Positions 20,268-30,179 of a DNA stretch of 64,000 nt are shown here, piece after piece (position 1 is the first letter of the stretch; the number at the start of each line of letters is the position of its first letter). The stretch spans positions 96,001 through 160,000 of the forward strand of contig CAWDML010000001.1 in the NCBI GenBank assembly GCA_963803435.1. Direction: 5' to 3'. A program made the position numbers and the translations under genes. Below the pieces are notes generated by a model that was not told the origin of the DNA, made no database searches, and saw nothing but the letters and a program-made list of their open reading frames with translations. Source of the DNA: an uncultured delta proteobacterium. Lineage in GTDB: Bacteria; Myxococcota; Kuafuiibacteriia; Kuafuiibacteriales; Kuafuiibacteriaceae.

Positions 20268-21670
20268 GAGCGTGTAGCGCGTAGCGCTACCGCGAGCCCG
20301 GTCCGGGTCCCGGTCCCGGTCCCGGTCCCGATGGCGATCATGCAGCCCGGCGTGCGTTCATCGACTTGATGAGGCGCGTGAGCATCTCGACGACGCGCTT
20401 GAGACCATGCAAGCTAGCTTGCGGTAGCTCGTCCACCTTGACCAGCAGAAGTTCTTGGAGGTCGTTTCGTCTGGAATCGATCGTTGGGCGGATCGACTTC
20501 GACGCCTGGACTTGATTCGCGCGGGCGACCTACGAAGACATTCCATTCCGGGTGCTGGCTGGAGAAAGTCATCCCCACTTCACGACGATCAACGAGTTTC
20601 GGCTCGTCCACCTGGAGGCACGGAAAGCGCTCTTCCTCGAAGTCCTGAAGCTTTGCCAAAAAGCAGGTTTGGTGCGGCTCGGACACGTCGCACTCGATGG
20701 CTCGAAGGTGCAGGCGAACGCGAGCAAGCACAAGGCGATGACCTACGAGCGGATGGCCGAGGAGGAGAAGCGGCTGTCTCTCGAGATCGAAGAACTGCTG
20801 GAGCGAGCGGGCACGATCGACCAAGAGGAAGACGAGCGGCTGGGCGTTGAAGAGACTGAAGAGGACATCCCAGCGGAGCTCGCTCGCCGTGAATCCCGCC
20901 TTGCCCGCATTCGAGAAGCGAAGGCTGCGCTGGAACAGGATGCCGCCAGGGCTCGCGCGGAGAAATTGCGCAGGCAAGCCGAAGAGCAGCAGAGCAAAGC
21001 GGATGATGCTCTTGTGGATCGGGTGGAGCAGAAGCGAGCGAGAACTCGAGCCGAGAAGGCAAGAGCGCAGGCTGACCAGCTCGAACCATCCCCAGACCCA
21101 ACTGAACGAAATGATGGATGGCCGCATCATCGCGTTCCTGCAAATGTGGACGGCACACCGAGGCCCAACGCTCGAGGAACTTCACCGACTCAGACAGCAG
21201 GATCATGTTGAAGGAGGGAGCGTACCTCCAGGCCTACAATGCCCAAGTTGTCGTAGATGAGCACGCTCAGGTGATTGTCGCCGAAGGGGTCAGCAATCAG
21301 GCACCTGATCAGCAACACCTCGTCCCGATGCTCCAGCCCACACCTGCCTCGTCGCTCGCAAGCGAATGCGAGACAAGTTGCAGACGCGCGACCGCAAGGC
21401 GGTCTACGCCCGCAGGAAGAGTATCGTCGAACCGGCGCTCGGACAGATCAAAGGGGCACGAGGATTCCGCCGGTTCTCGCTACGCTCCTTCTTCAAGGTA
21501 CGAGCCGAGTGGACGCTCGTCTGCCTCACCCACAACCTGCTCAAGCTCTACCAATCGAAGCTCGCGACCGTCGCGAGCGTCTGACTCAAGGCAGCCATCT
21601 TCAGATCGGGACCCGGACCGGGACCGGGACCCGGACCGGGGTCGCGTGAGCGCTTACGCGCTACACGCTC
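20268..21670 (+). mobile_element. IS1182-family element, internally deleted copy 1, ~65-bp terminal inverted repeats, CTAG target duplication
   Basis: TIR GAGCGTGTAGCGCGTA... at 20268-20332 and 21605-21670; CTAG at 20264-20267 and 21671-21674; near-identical to 62865 onward. Confidence 0.92.
20517..21584 (+). pseudogene. IS1182-family transposase fragments
   Basis: VALDGSKVQANASKHK, RNFTDSDSRIM, YNAQVVVD, YARRKSIVEP..GQIK..RGFRRFSLR..HNLLK in different frames; N-terminus and central part missing. Confidence 0.9.
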
Positions 21671-22654
21671 CTAGACGGGCTCCCGACAACCCGTCGACAG
21701 CGAGCGCAGCGCGGCCTCGGCGAGGCGGAGCGCGCGGCGGCCGTCCTCGGCGCCGGTGAACCGAGCCCCCGTCTCGAGCCCCTGGACGAAGTGCGCGAGC
21801 TCGCGTCGGTACGCCTCCGCGTAGCGCTCGAGGAAGAAATACGGGAGCTTGGCGGCGGCGACGCCGTCCGCGCCGGCGTACCCGACCGTGGTCTCGAGCG
21901 GATTCTCGGCGCGGAGCATGCCCTTCGACCCGAAGACCTCGATCCGCTGATCGTAGCCGTAGACAGCCCGCCGGCTGTTCGAGATCTGGCACAGCACGCC
22001 CTCGGCGGTCTCGAGGATGACGCAGGCGGTGTCGATGTCGCCCGCGGCAGCGATCTCGGGGCTCACCAGGGACGCACCGGCTGCGAAGACGCGGGTCGGC
22101 TCGGAGGGGAGGAGCCAGCGCGCCATGTCGAAGTCGTGGATCATCATGTCGCGGAAGAGGCCGCCCGAGACCTTCACGTAGTCGAGGGGCGGGGGCGCGG
22201 GATCACGGCTGGTGATCGTGACGGTCTCGATCGCGCCCACCTTGCCGGCGTCGGCGGCCGCCTTGAGGGCGGCGAAGCTGGGATCGAAGCGGCGGTTGAA
22301 GCCGACGAAGAACGGGACGCCGGCGGCCTCGACCTCTGCGATCGCCCGCTCGGCGCGGGCCAGGTCGAGATCGATCGGCTTCTCGCAGAAGATCGCCTTC
22401 TTGGCCTGAGCAGCGGCGCTGATGAGGTCGACGTGGGTCGAGGTCGCAGATGCGATCAGGACCGCGTCCACTCCAGGGTCGGCCAGCGCTCGGGTCGCAT
22501 CGGCGACCCGCGCACCGTACTTCGCCGCCAGCGCTTCGGCGGCAGCGTTGTTCACATCGACGACGTATGCGAGCTGTGCACCGCGCACCGCCGCCATGTT
22601 GGAAGCATGCACCGCGCCGATCCGGCCGGCGCCGAACTGACAGAAGTTCACCAC
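21671..22654 (-). CDS. iolG: myo-inositol 2-dehydrogenase
   Basis: GAGRIG, FCEKP, GFNRRFD, TSRDP.PPP, GGLFRDMMIHDFD, YGYDQRIEVFG; start uncertain (22651-22705). Confidence 0.92.
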   Translation of the reverse strand: MVNFCQFGAGRIGAVHASNMAAVRGAQLAYVVDVNNAAAEALAAKYGARVADATRALADPGVDAVLIASATSTHVDLISAAAQAKKAIFCEKPIDLDLARAERAIAEVEAAGVPFFVGFNRRFDPSFAALKAAADAGKVGAIETVTITSRDPAPPPLDYVKVSGGLFRDMMIHDFDMARWLLPSEPTRVFAAGASLVSPEIAAAGDIDTACVILETAEGVLCQISNSRRAVYGYDQRIEVFGSKGMLRAENPLETTVGYAGADGVAAAKLPYFFLERYAEAYRRELAHFVQGLETGARFTGAEDGRRALRLAEAALRSLSTGCREPV

Positions 22655-22719
22655 GGTCGCGGGAGCATATCCGAAAGGGCTTGCCTCTCCAAAAGCCGCC
22701 TTCATAGGCTCCGCGGCCT

Positions 22720-24756
22720 ATGTCGAAGCCCCGAATTCTCTCGACGCTGCTCGGACTTTGTCTGTTTTGCGCATGCAAGGCCGAGCCACCATCCGAGGAG
22801 AGCACTCCGAACAAGCTGGTCACCGAGAAGAAGGCGCCGGTGCTGAACCGGGTCGATCGCGAGACGTTCAACCGACTCGCGGCCGAGCTGGACCTCCCGC
22901 TCTTCTGGGTCGAGGACGGCGAGGCCGACGGCACCATCGCCCCCAAGGAGGTCGCGGTCCTCTGGCGAGTCGCCGAGACCACCAAAGGCGAATGGATCAA
23001 CGAGGTCGGGTTCACCGACAAGTTCTTGAAGGCCTACGACGCGATCGCCACCCGCAAGGACAAGGGCCTCGACACCACCGGCCTGCCGGAGGCCGAGGCA
23101 ATCCGGCGGCAGCTGGTGCAGAAGGAGCTGTCCCAGGGCCGCCCCACGCTGATCTACACGGAGCTCCCGAACGCCAGCGCAGAGGACAAGGCCATCGTCA
23201 AGAACGTGATGGATGCAGCGGTCCTCATCGAGCAGATCTTCGCCAAGCAGAACGGCGTCGACGGCATGGAGAAGATGATCCCCGCCGACGACACCATGAG
23301 CCGGATGATGTTCTACCGGAACCAGGGACCCTGGTGCCAGGCGCCACAGACCGAGAACGAGGCGGCGTGCAGCGCGCTGGCGGAGAAGCCGAAACGGATC
23401 TCCGGTCTCTACCCGCGCGCGCTCCAGGAGAGCGATCCGAAGTTCTGTGAGACGCTGTCGAAGCGCAAGGACGCCGACCAGCTCATGCACCAGTTCTACG
23501 TGGTGGCGGAGGACGGCGCCGACCTGAAGGCCGTGCCGTACAACGAGGCGTACCCGACGGAGATGGAGGCGGTCGCGCAGAAGCTCGAGGCCGCCGCCGC
23601 CGCGATCCAGAGCCCGGACGAGGCCGCGTTCAAGGAGTACCTCAGCGCCGCCGCCAAGGCCTTCCGCACCAACGACTGGCTCCAGGCCGACGAGGCGTGG
23701 GCGAAGATGAGCGTCAACAACTCCAAGTGGTACCTGCGGATCGCGCCCGATGAGGTCTACTCCGAGCCCTGCAGCCGCAAGGCCGGGTTCCACGTCAGCT
23801 TCGCCCGCATCAACCAGGGCTCCCGCGAGTGGCAGAACAAGCTCGAACCGGTGAAGTCGGAGATGGAGGAGGCCGTGGCCAAGCTGGCAGGGCGACCGTA
23901 CGCCGCGCGCAAGGTCGACTTCCACCTGCCTGACTTCATCGACATCATCATCAACGCGGGCGACTCACGCGCGCCCGCAGGCGCCACCATCGGACAGAGC
24001 CTGCCCAACTGGGGTCCGGTGGCGAACGAGGGTCGCGGGCGCACCGTTGCGATGACGAACATCGCCACCGACGCCGACAGCATGACCGCGGTCGAGAACC
24101 AGGCGAAGTCGCTCCTCTGCACCGACGCGATGAAGTTCTATGCGCGCGAGCCGACCGCCGGCCTGATGGGCACCGTGCTGCACGAGGCCACGCACAACCT
24201 GGGCCCGGCCCACGAGTACAAGGTGAAGGGCAAGACGGACGACCAGGTCTTCGGAGGTCCGCTCGCCAGCACGCTCGAGGAGCTCAAGGCCGAGACCGGC
24301 GCGTTCTACTTCACCGACTGGCTCTCCAAGAAGGGCCTGATCCTCGAGGAGGACGCGAAGAAGGAGTACGTGCACGACGTCGTCTGGGGCTTCGGCCACA
24401 TTTCGCGCGGCATGTACGACGTCGAGGGCAAGGCGAAGCCGTACAGCCAGCTGGCCGCCATCCAGCTGGGCACGCTGGTGAAGGAGGGTGCGGCCTCGTG
24501 GAAGCCCGACGAGATGGCCGCCAACGGTGAGGACAAGGGCTGCCTGGACCTCCAGCTCGACAAGTTCGCGCCGGCGATGGAGAAGCTGATGACGGCGGTG
24601 TCGGGCATCAAGGCGCGCGGCGACAAGACGCAGGCCGAGGCCCTGATCAAGGATCACGTCGGCGCCCCCGGCGAGAAGCGGAAGCTCCTCGAGACGATCA
24701 CGGAGCGCTGGCTCCGCGCACCGCGCGCGAGCTTCGTGTACGCCGTCGATCAGTAG
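22720..24756 (+). CDS. lipoprotein zinc peptidase, dipeptidyl-peptidase III (M49)-like
   Basis: lipobox LFCAC; GQSLPN, HEATHNLGP and LEELKAE motifs. Confidence 0.7.
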   Translation: MSKPRILSTLLGLCLFCACKAEPPSEESTPNKLVTEKKAPVLNRVDRETFNRLAAELDLPLFWVEDGEADGTIAPKEVAVLWRVAETTKGEWINEVGFTDKFLKAYDAIATRKDKGLDTTGLPEAEAIRRQLVQKELSQGRPTLIYTELPNASAEDKAIVKNVMDAAVLIEQIFAKQNGVDGMEKMIPADDTMSRMMFYRNQGPWCQAPQTENEAACSALAEKPKRISGLYPRALQESDPKFCETLSKRKDADQLMHQFYVVAEDGADLKAVPYNEAYPTEMEAVAQKLEAAAAAIQSPDEAAFKEYLSAAAKAFRTNDWLQADEAWAKMSVNNSKWYLRIAPDEVYSEPCSRKAGFHVSFARINQGSREWQNKLEPVKSEMEEAVAKLAGRPYAARKVDFHLPDFIDIIINAGDSRAPAGATIGQSLPNWGPVANEGRGRTVAMTNIATDADSMTAVENQAKSLLCTDAMKFYAREPTAGLMGTVLHEATHNLGPAHEYKVKGKTDDQVFGGPLASTLEELKAETGAFYFTDWLSKKGLILEEDAKKEYVHDVVWGFGHISRGMYDVEGKAKPYSQLAAIQLGTLVKEGAASWKPDEMAANGEDKGCLDLQLDKFAPAMEKLMTAVSGIKARGDKTQAEALIKDHVGAPGEKRKLLETITERWLRAPRASFVYAVDQ

Positions 24757-24767
24757 GCGTTTTGGGG

Positions 24768-27142
24768 TCAGATCTTCCGCTCGGCGATCTCCGGGTCACC
24801 GCCGCCGAAGATCTTCCCCACCGCCCAGCTCGCCCCAAACGCCGCTAGACCGATCCCCGCACCCACCGCCATCCCCGGCAGGCCGCCGATCGCGCCGATC
24901 GCTGCGAAGGTAACCAACCGCGCCGAGCATGGTGATGCCGCCCTGGGACGCCTTGACCGCGTCGCCCTCGCGCACCCCCTCGAACGTCTCGAGCCCACCG
25001 GCCGCGACGCCGACGCCGAGCCCGCCGAAGCGCGCGAAGGAGCCGATCTTGCCCGCGGCCGCGCTGGCCTCCTCCACCGAGCTGCCCGACTTGAGGGCCT
25101 GAAGCTCCTTCACCGCCGACACTCCGTACGATCCCTGGACGGTCGCGCTGCCCGCATCGAGCGCCACGGCGGGCGCCTTGCTCGCGTTGAAGCCGTGGAT
25201 GTCGGAGATGAGCGAGGACGCCGACGAGGCAAGCCCAGCCAGTCCGGCGACGCCCCGCAGCGCGCCAGAGCCGGCGGTCTGGGCGCGGAACGAGGCATCG
25301 AGGCGTTCGGAGCCGAACCGGCTCACCAGCTTGTCGTTGAAGGCCGAGAGCTGCGCGTTGAGGCGCTCCTGGTGCAGCGGGGAGAGGCTCAGGTCGCTGG
25401 CCTGGTCGGGCACCCCGCGACCGATCCCGATCAGGTTGAGCCCGCGGCCCCCGGCGGCCGCTGCCTGGTTCAGGTCGTGGGTGGTGGTGGCCGAGACCTG
25501 GGCGGCCATGTCGAGCTCGTCGTCGGAGAGATCGCCGAGCTGGTCCGAGTCCTCCTGCAGCGGCACCGCCTTCGCGTTGACCGTGAGCCGCGGCCCGCGC
25601 CCGTCGACCATCGAGGTCGCCGTTCCGCCGGGACCGCTCACGGTCTCCTTCGAGGACAGGAGCTGCCTCCCCGCGGCGCTCTCGAGCGACCGGACGTCTC
25701 GGTCGCTGGTGTACTCGACCGGCGGATGGCCCGGCTCCCTCCGATACGTGCCCAGCCACTCGTCGACCTCGAGGCCGCGCTGCCTCCGCTCACTCTCGCG
25801 GCGGTACTCCTGAAGCGTTCGCACGCCGCGCTCGTCGGTCGAATCGACGCGCTTGGAGGCGATGAGCCCGTGCTCGTCGAAGAGCGTGTCGCTCGAGCTC
25901 TTCGACTCGACTGCATTGCCGTCCTCGTCCAGGCCGTTCGAGCGAACGCTTTCGCGCACGCGATCACCGTCGGCGGTCCGATCGACGACGGTGGTGAACT
26001 CCGGCGCGTTCTCGGCGAAGGTCTGCGCCTGATAGCGATCGCCGTCCTGCTTCTCCAGCATCCACTGCTTGGGCGGGGCCCCGTCGCCCTCCTGCTCCAT
26101 CGAGGTGACGCGCACGTTCCCCTGCGCCCAGGTGGTTCGGCTCGAGCTCTGTTCGTCTTCACCGCGCTGCTGGGTGAGGTTCTTGGTCTCGACCACGTCC
26201 GTAGTGACGTCGTCGTCGAAGTCGTCCTGGAGCTGATCGTGGATGCCGTCGGCGCCGCCCTGGCTGCGAAGGGTCCGCTCGGTCTCCGCTCGGTCCTTCG
26301 GTCCGAAGCTCGTCTCGCGAGCCACCAGATCGTCGCCGTCTCTCGCGAGCGAGCGCACCTCGATCCGTACGCCCGGGTCGCACTGCCAGCGCTCCTTCAG
26401 CTCGTCCGTGGTGGGGCTCGAAGGGTCGCGGCTGGGCGGCTCCTTCCAGGCCTCGCGACGTTCGAGCGCGCCCTCGTCTCCTCCGGTCTCGAGCGTGCGC
26501 CGCCGGGCCTCGCCGTCCTTCCACTCGGTCCGCTCGAACCGCAGATGATTGCCGTCCCGCTCCGCGACCTCGCGCCAGAGCAGGTTCCCTTCGTGGTTGC
26601 TGCGGACGATCTCCACCCGGTCGTCGGAGGCGCTCACCACCTCCGCGCCGTGGGGCAGCTTGCCGCGCGCGCGCTGGAAAGTGGCGCCGACCATTCCGGC
26701 GGCGGCGGCGTCCATCCGCTTCGAGGAGGCCTCGAGGCCATCCCGCTCGTCTCGCACCGAGCTCTGATCCACCTCGATCGCCGCCCGTGCGGCGTCGATA
26801 CCGCTGGTACCGCGGCCCTCCGACCCGCGCGGGAGGAGCGTCGCCACGTCGGTCCCATCGGCGGCCGTCTGCGCCCTCAGAATCGTGCCGGACGTGGAGC
26901 CCTCCGGTCTCACGGTCGCGCTGCCGAGCCTCGGCGAACGCGCGCCCGGTCGGTCGGACGCGATGGACCTGGTGCGAATGCGCCTCCTCCTGCCGCGCCT
27001 CCCGGGACGCCTCCAGCGCACGCTTCAAGCGTTCGCGCGCCTCTCGGGCTTCGGTGGCCTGCTGGCGCTGCCTCTCCCGCTTCGCCTCGAGACCCGTGTC
27101 GACGCCGCGTCCTGCGGCCTGCACGACCATGCTGCGGAGCAT
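24768..27142 (-). CDS. large hypothetical protein with C-terminal glycine-zipper hydrophobic helices; apparently frameshifted near ~26830 and ~24915
   Basis: ORF 26159..27142 supplies a plausible N-terminus, 24796..27021 the body, 24768..24998 the C-terminus (AAIGAIGGLPGMAVGAGIGLAAFG). Confidence 0.55.
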
Positions 27143-27212
27143 GCTCCTGCACCTGCCGGTCGTCGCTTACCACCGGACGTCTAATGGCTCGCGGAGACAC
27201 ACGTTGCGGAGC

Positions 27213-27656
27213 TCATCGCAGGAGCTCCTTGGCGAGGTGCGCACCGAGGAGATCGAAGCCGCGATCGAGCAGCTTCTGTCCCTCGTCGGTCTCCAGGAGA
27301 TCCGCCGCCTCTCCGCTGGCCACACCTGCGTACAGGCCGAAGTAGATCCCCATCGCGGTCCAGGGGCCCTCGTCCTTGCCGCCGATCGACGGCGCTCGGA
27401 ACTTGCGCGGCTTCGAGAGCTTCTTCGCCACCAGATCGAGGAGCGCGTCCGACGGCTCCACCCTGACCTTCCCGAGCGCGTTCCAGATCGCGACCTGGAC
27501 GGCGCCGATCAGCTCGATGTCCTTCAGCGCCGGCTCCAGCCGCGTGTAGGCCTCGTTCGGATCGATCGACGCGAGCGCGGCGTACGTCGGCGCCAGCATC
27601 TCGGCGAGCTGGTTCTTGGTGAGCAGCGAGAAGAATCGTTGGGGCGGGCGGCTCAT
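27213..27656 (-). CDS. hypothetical protein
   Basis: ATGA overlap with upstream kinase gene; normal composition. Confidence 0.7.
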   Translation of the reverse strand: MSRPPQRFFSLLTKNQLAEMLAPTYAALASIDPNEAYTRLEPALKDIELIGAVQVAIWNALGKVRVEPSDALLDLVAKKLSKPRKFRAPSIGGKDEGPWTAMGIYFGLYAGVASGEAADLLETDEGQKLLDRGFDLLGAHLAKELLR

Positions 27657-29332
27657 GGCTCGAAGGGCACGATATCGAAGGTGACGAGAAAACGCGCGCC
27701 TCCCGCGCGCGCATCGTCGTACCGCAGGTCTCCCTTCATGGATCGCGCCAGGCGGCGGCTCAGCGCCAGCCCCAGCCCCACGCCCGGCGCGCTGTTGGCC
27801 GCCTGATGGGCGGACTTCGAGAACGCGGTGAAGAGGTTGCGACGGGCCCCGCCGGTGATGCCCGGTCCCTGATCGGTGACGCTGAGCGCGATCGCCCGCC
27901 CCCGCCGCTCCGCCCCCAGCACGATCGGGCCTGCGCCGTACTTGCAGGCGTTGTCGACCAGGTTGAAGAGGATCTGCTCGACGAGAGAAGCGTCGACGTG
28001 GATCGCGTTGACGCCTTCATCGAGTGTGAGCTCGACGTCGAGGTCCATCTCGGCCTGGCCCGCTCGCTCGCGCAGCCGGTCCTCGAAGCGCGCGATTAGC
28101 TCAGGGATCGCGATCGTCTCCGCGGCGGCGCGCGCGCGACCCCGCTCGATGCGCGCGTAGGAGAGCACGTTCTCCACCAGGTGTCCGAGGCGGATCGCCT
28201 CTCGCTTCAGCGTGTCGAGATAGCGCTGCTTCTTGGCCTCGTCCTGGATCATGCCCTCCGAGAGCATCTCGGTGTACATGCGGAAGGTGGTCAGCGGCGT
28301 CCGGAGCTCGTGCGTGACCGCCGAGACGAACGCCCCGCGCCGCTCCGACAGCGAGACGGCGCCGATCAAGAGACCGCCGACGGCCAGCGCCGCCAGCACC
28401 ACGCCCACCCAGGCCGTCACCAGAACCGCGACCACCTGCGGGCTGATCGGTGCCTTCGCGAACGGGAGCGCGCCCGGCTCGATCCGCGCCGGCAGCGCAG
28501 CGAGCACGCGCTTCATCTCGGGAGTGAGACCCTCGACGGGCTCGAGCGAGGCGGCCGGCAACAGATCGCTCACGTCGGCGAGGAGCTTCGTCTCGAGCCC
28601 CTCCCAGTCGAGCCAGGCGCCCTGAAGATACGTCCGCCCGCCGACCGTCACGCGCCGCGCCAGCACCAGATCGGATCCGATCCACAGCGGCAACATCGAG
28701 GCCTCGCCGGGATGGGCGAGCGCCTCCTGATCGAAGAGCCCATCGGCCGCCGATCCTACCCCCGAGTCGCCGTGATAGCCCCGCGCCTGCTGGGCCGCCC
28801 GCGCGCGCGCGCCCCACTCGACCGCGTTCTTGAAGCTCTGGACCGGCGCGGAGTAGGTGTCGAGGTTCTGCTCGTATTGTGGGTTGGAGGCGTTGAGGGC
28901 GATCGTGCTGGCGACGCCCTCGCGGCCGAGCAGCTCGCGCCGCTTCTCGAGCAACGTCGTGAGCTGGTCGCGGGAGACGAGGCTCCCGAGCCGCTCGAGC
29001 GCCGCCGACCCCTGTGGAGAGGTCAGGCGGCCCTGGTCGTCGAACTGGAAGTGGACCTTCACGTAGGCCGAACGCTCGGCGAACGCGGCCGCCGGGAGCT
29101 GCCGCCAGTCGAGCGCCGGGCGCGTGCTCTCGTTCGAGATCAGCGGCGCCAGCTCGGAGTCCATCCGCCACAACGACAGGCGAACGTTCTCCTCGAGAGT
29201 CGCGCGCCGTACCGCGCGCTTCTCGGCGCCGTCCCGCTCGATCACCACGATCGACAGGACGCTGACGCAGATCAGCCCGACCACCAGCGCGATCCCCAGT
29301 CCGACGAACGAGTGCCATGGCTTCAGCGTCAT
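27653..29332 (-). CDS. sensor histidine kinase
   Basis: two TMs, THELRTP, NLVDNACKY, DQGPGI, GVGLGL. Confidence 0.93.
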   Translation of the reverse strand: MTLKPWHSFVGLGIALVVGLICVSVLSIVVIERDGAEKRAVRRATLEENVRLSLWRMDSELAPLISNESTRPALDWRQLPAAAFAERSAYVKVHFQFDDQGRLTSPQGSAALERLGSLVSRDQLTTLLEKRRELLGREGVASTIALNASNPQYEQNLDTYSAPVQSFKNAVEWGARARAAQQARGYHGDSGVGSAADGLFDQEALAHPGEASMLPLWIGSDLVLARRVTVGGRTYLQGAWLDWEGLETKLLADVSDLLPAASLEPVEGLTPEMKRVLAALPARIEPGALPFAKAPISPQVVAVLVTAWVGVVLAALAVGGLLIGAVSLSERRGAFVSAVTHELRTPLTTFRMYTEMLSEGMIQDEAKKQRYLDTLKREAIRLGHLVENVLSYARIERGRARAAAETIAIPELIARFEDRLRERAGQAEMDLDVELTLDEGVNAIHVDASLVEQILFNLVDNACKYGAGPIVLGAERRGRAIALSVTDQGPGITGGARRNLFTAFSKSAHQAANSAPGVGLGLALSRRLARSMKGDLRYDDARAGGARFLVTFDIVPFEP

Positions 29333-30023
29333 TCGGTCCCCGCGTCGAACATGTAGCCGCGCCCTCGGACGGTCGAGATGATGCGGGCGTCCGGATCTCG
29401 AAGCTTGTCCCGGAGCCGAGCCACGTGCATGTCGACCGTCCGGGTGCGCACGCTGCTACCCGGGAGGCGCCACACGCGATCGAGCAGCTCGTTCCGCGAG
29501 ATCACGCGGCGCGGGTTGAGCGCGAGGTAGCGCAAGAGCGCGATTCCTTCTCCGGGAGCTCGATCCGACCGCCGTCGTCATAGCGGAGCTCCGAGCGCTC
29601 CAGGTCGGCCACCCCGCAGGCGAAGCGAACCTCGGCGAGGTCGCTGGGCCGCTCCGCCGAGCGTCGCAGCACCGCCTCGACGCGCGCCAGCAGCTCTTTG
29701 ATGGAGAACGGCTTCACCTGGTAGTCGTCCGCGCCCAGCCGGAGGCCCTTGATGCGGTCCTCCTCCTGTCCCCGGGCGGTGAGGATGATGACGGGGATGG
29801 TGGGGCGGGAGAGGCGGATCTCGGCGAGCACGTCCAGACCGTCGCCGCCGGGCAGGACCAGGTCGAGCAGGATCAGCTCGCACTCGACCTGGACGCCCAT
29901 CCGCACCGCCTCCGCGTAGGTCCCGGCCTCGAAGGTCTGGAAACCGTCGAAGGTCAGCATGTCGACGATACCCTCCCGCACGGCGGGGTCGTCCTCGATC
30001 ACCAGGATCCGTCGCTTCACCAC
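29329..30023 (-). CDS. OmpR-family response regulator; frameshift near 29543
   Basis: ILVIEDD, LLDLVLPG, GADDY.VKPF in 29502..30140; winged helix RTVDMHVARLR..TVRGRGY in 29329..29535. Confidence 0.88.
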
Positions 30024-30179
30024 TGCTGAGCCTACTAGGAGACTTGCTCCGATCGAACCTCGACAAAATGGCGCTGGACGGCAGCGAGAGCACTCTCGGA
30101 TCTGACGGCTGCGAGCTGCGAGCTGTCGACGCGGGGCCACTGAACTCGAGTGAACTCGAGCGTTTGCGGCGCAGCCTCG

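Noticed and set aside
20295-20332. (GGTCCC)n arrays as CRISPR repeats or telomere-like repeats
   Set aside because: No spacers and no cas genes; they are sub-terminal parts of IS inverted repeats
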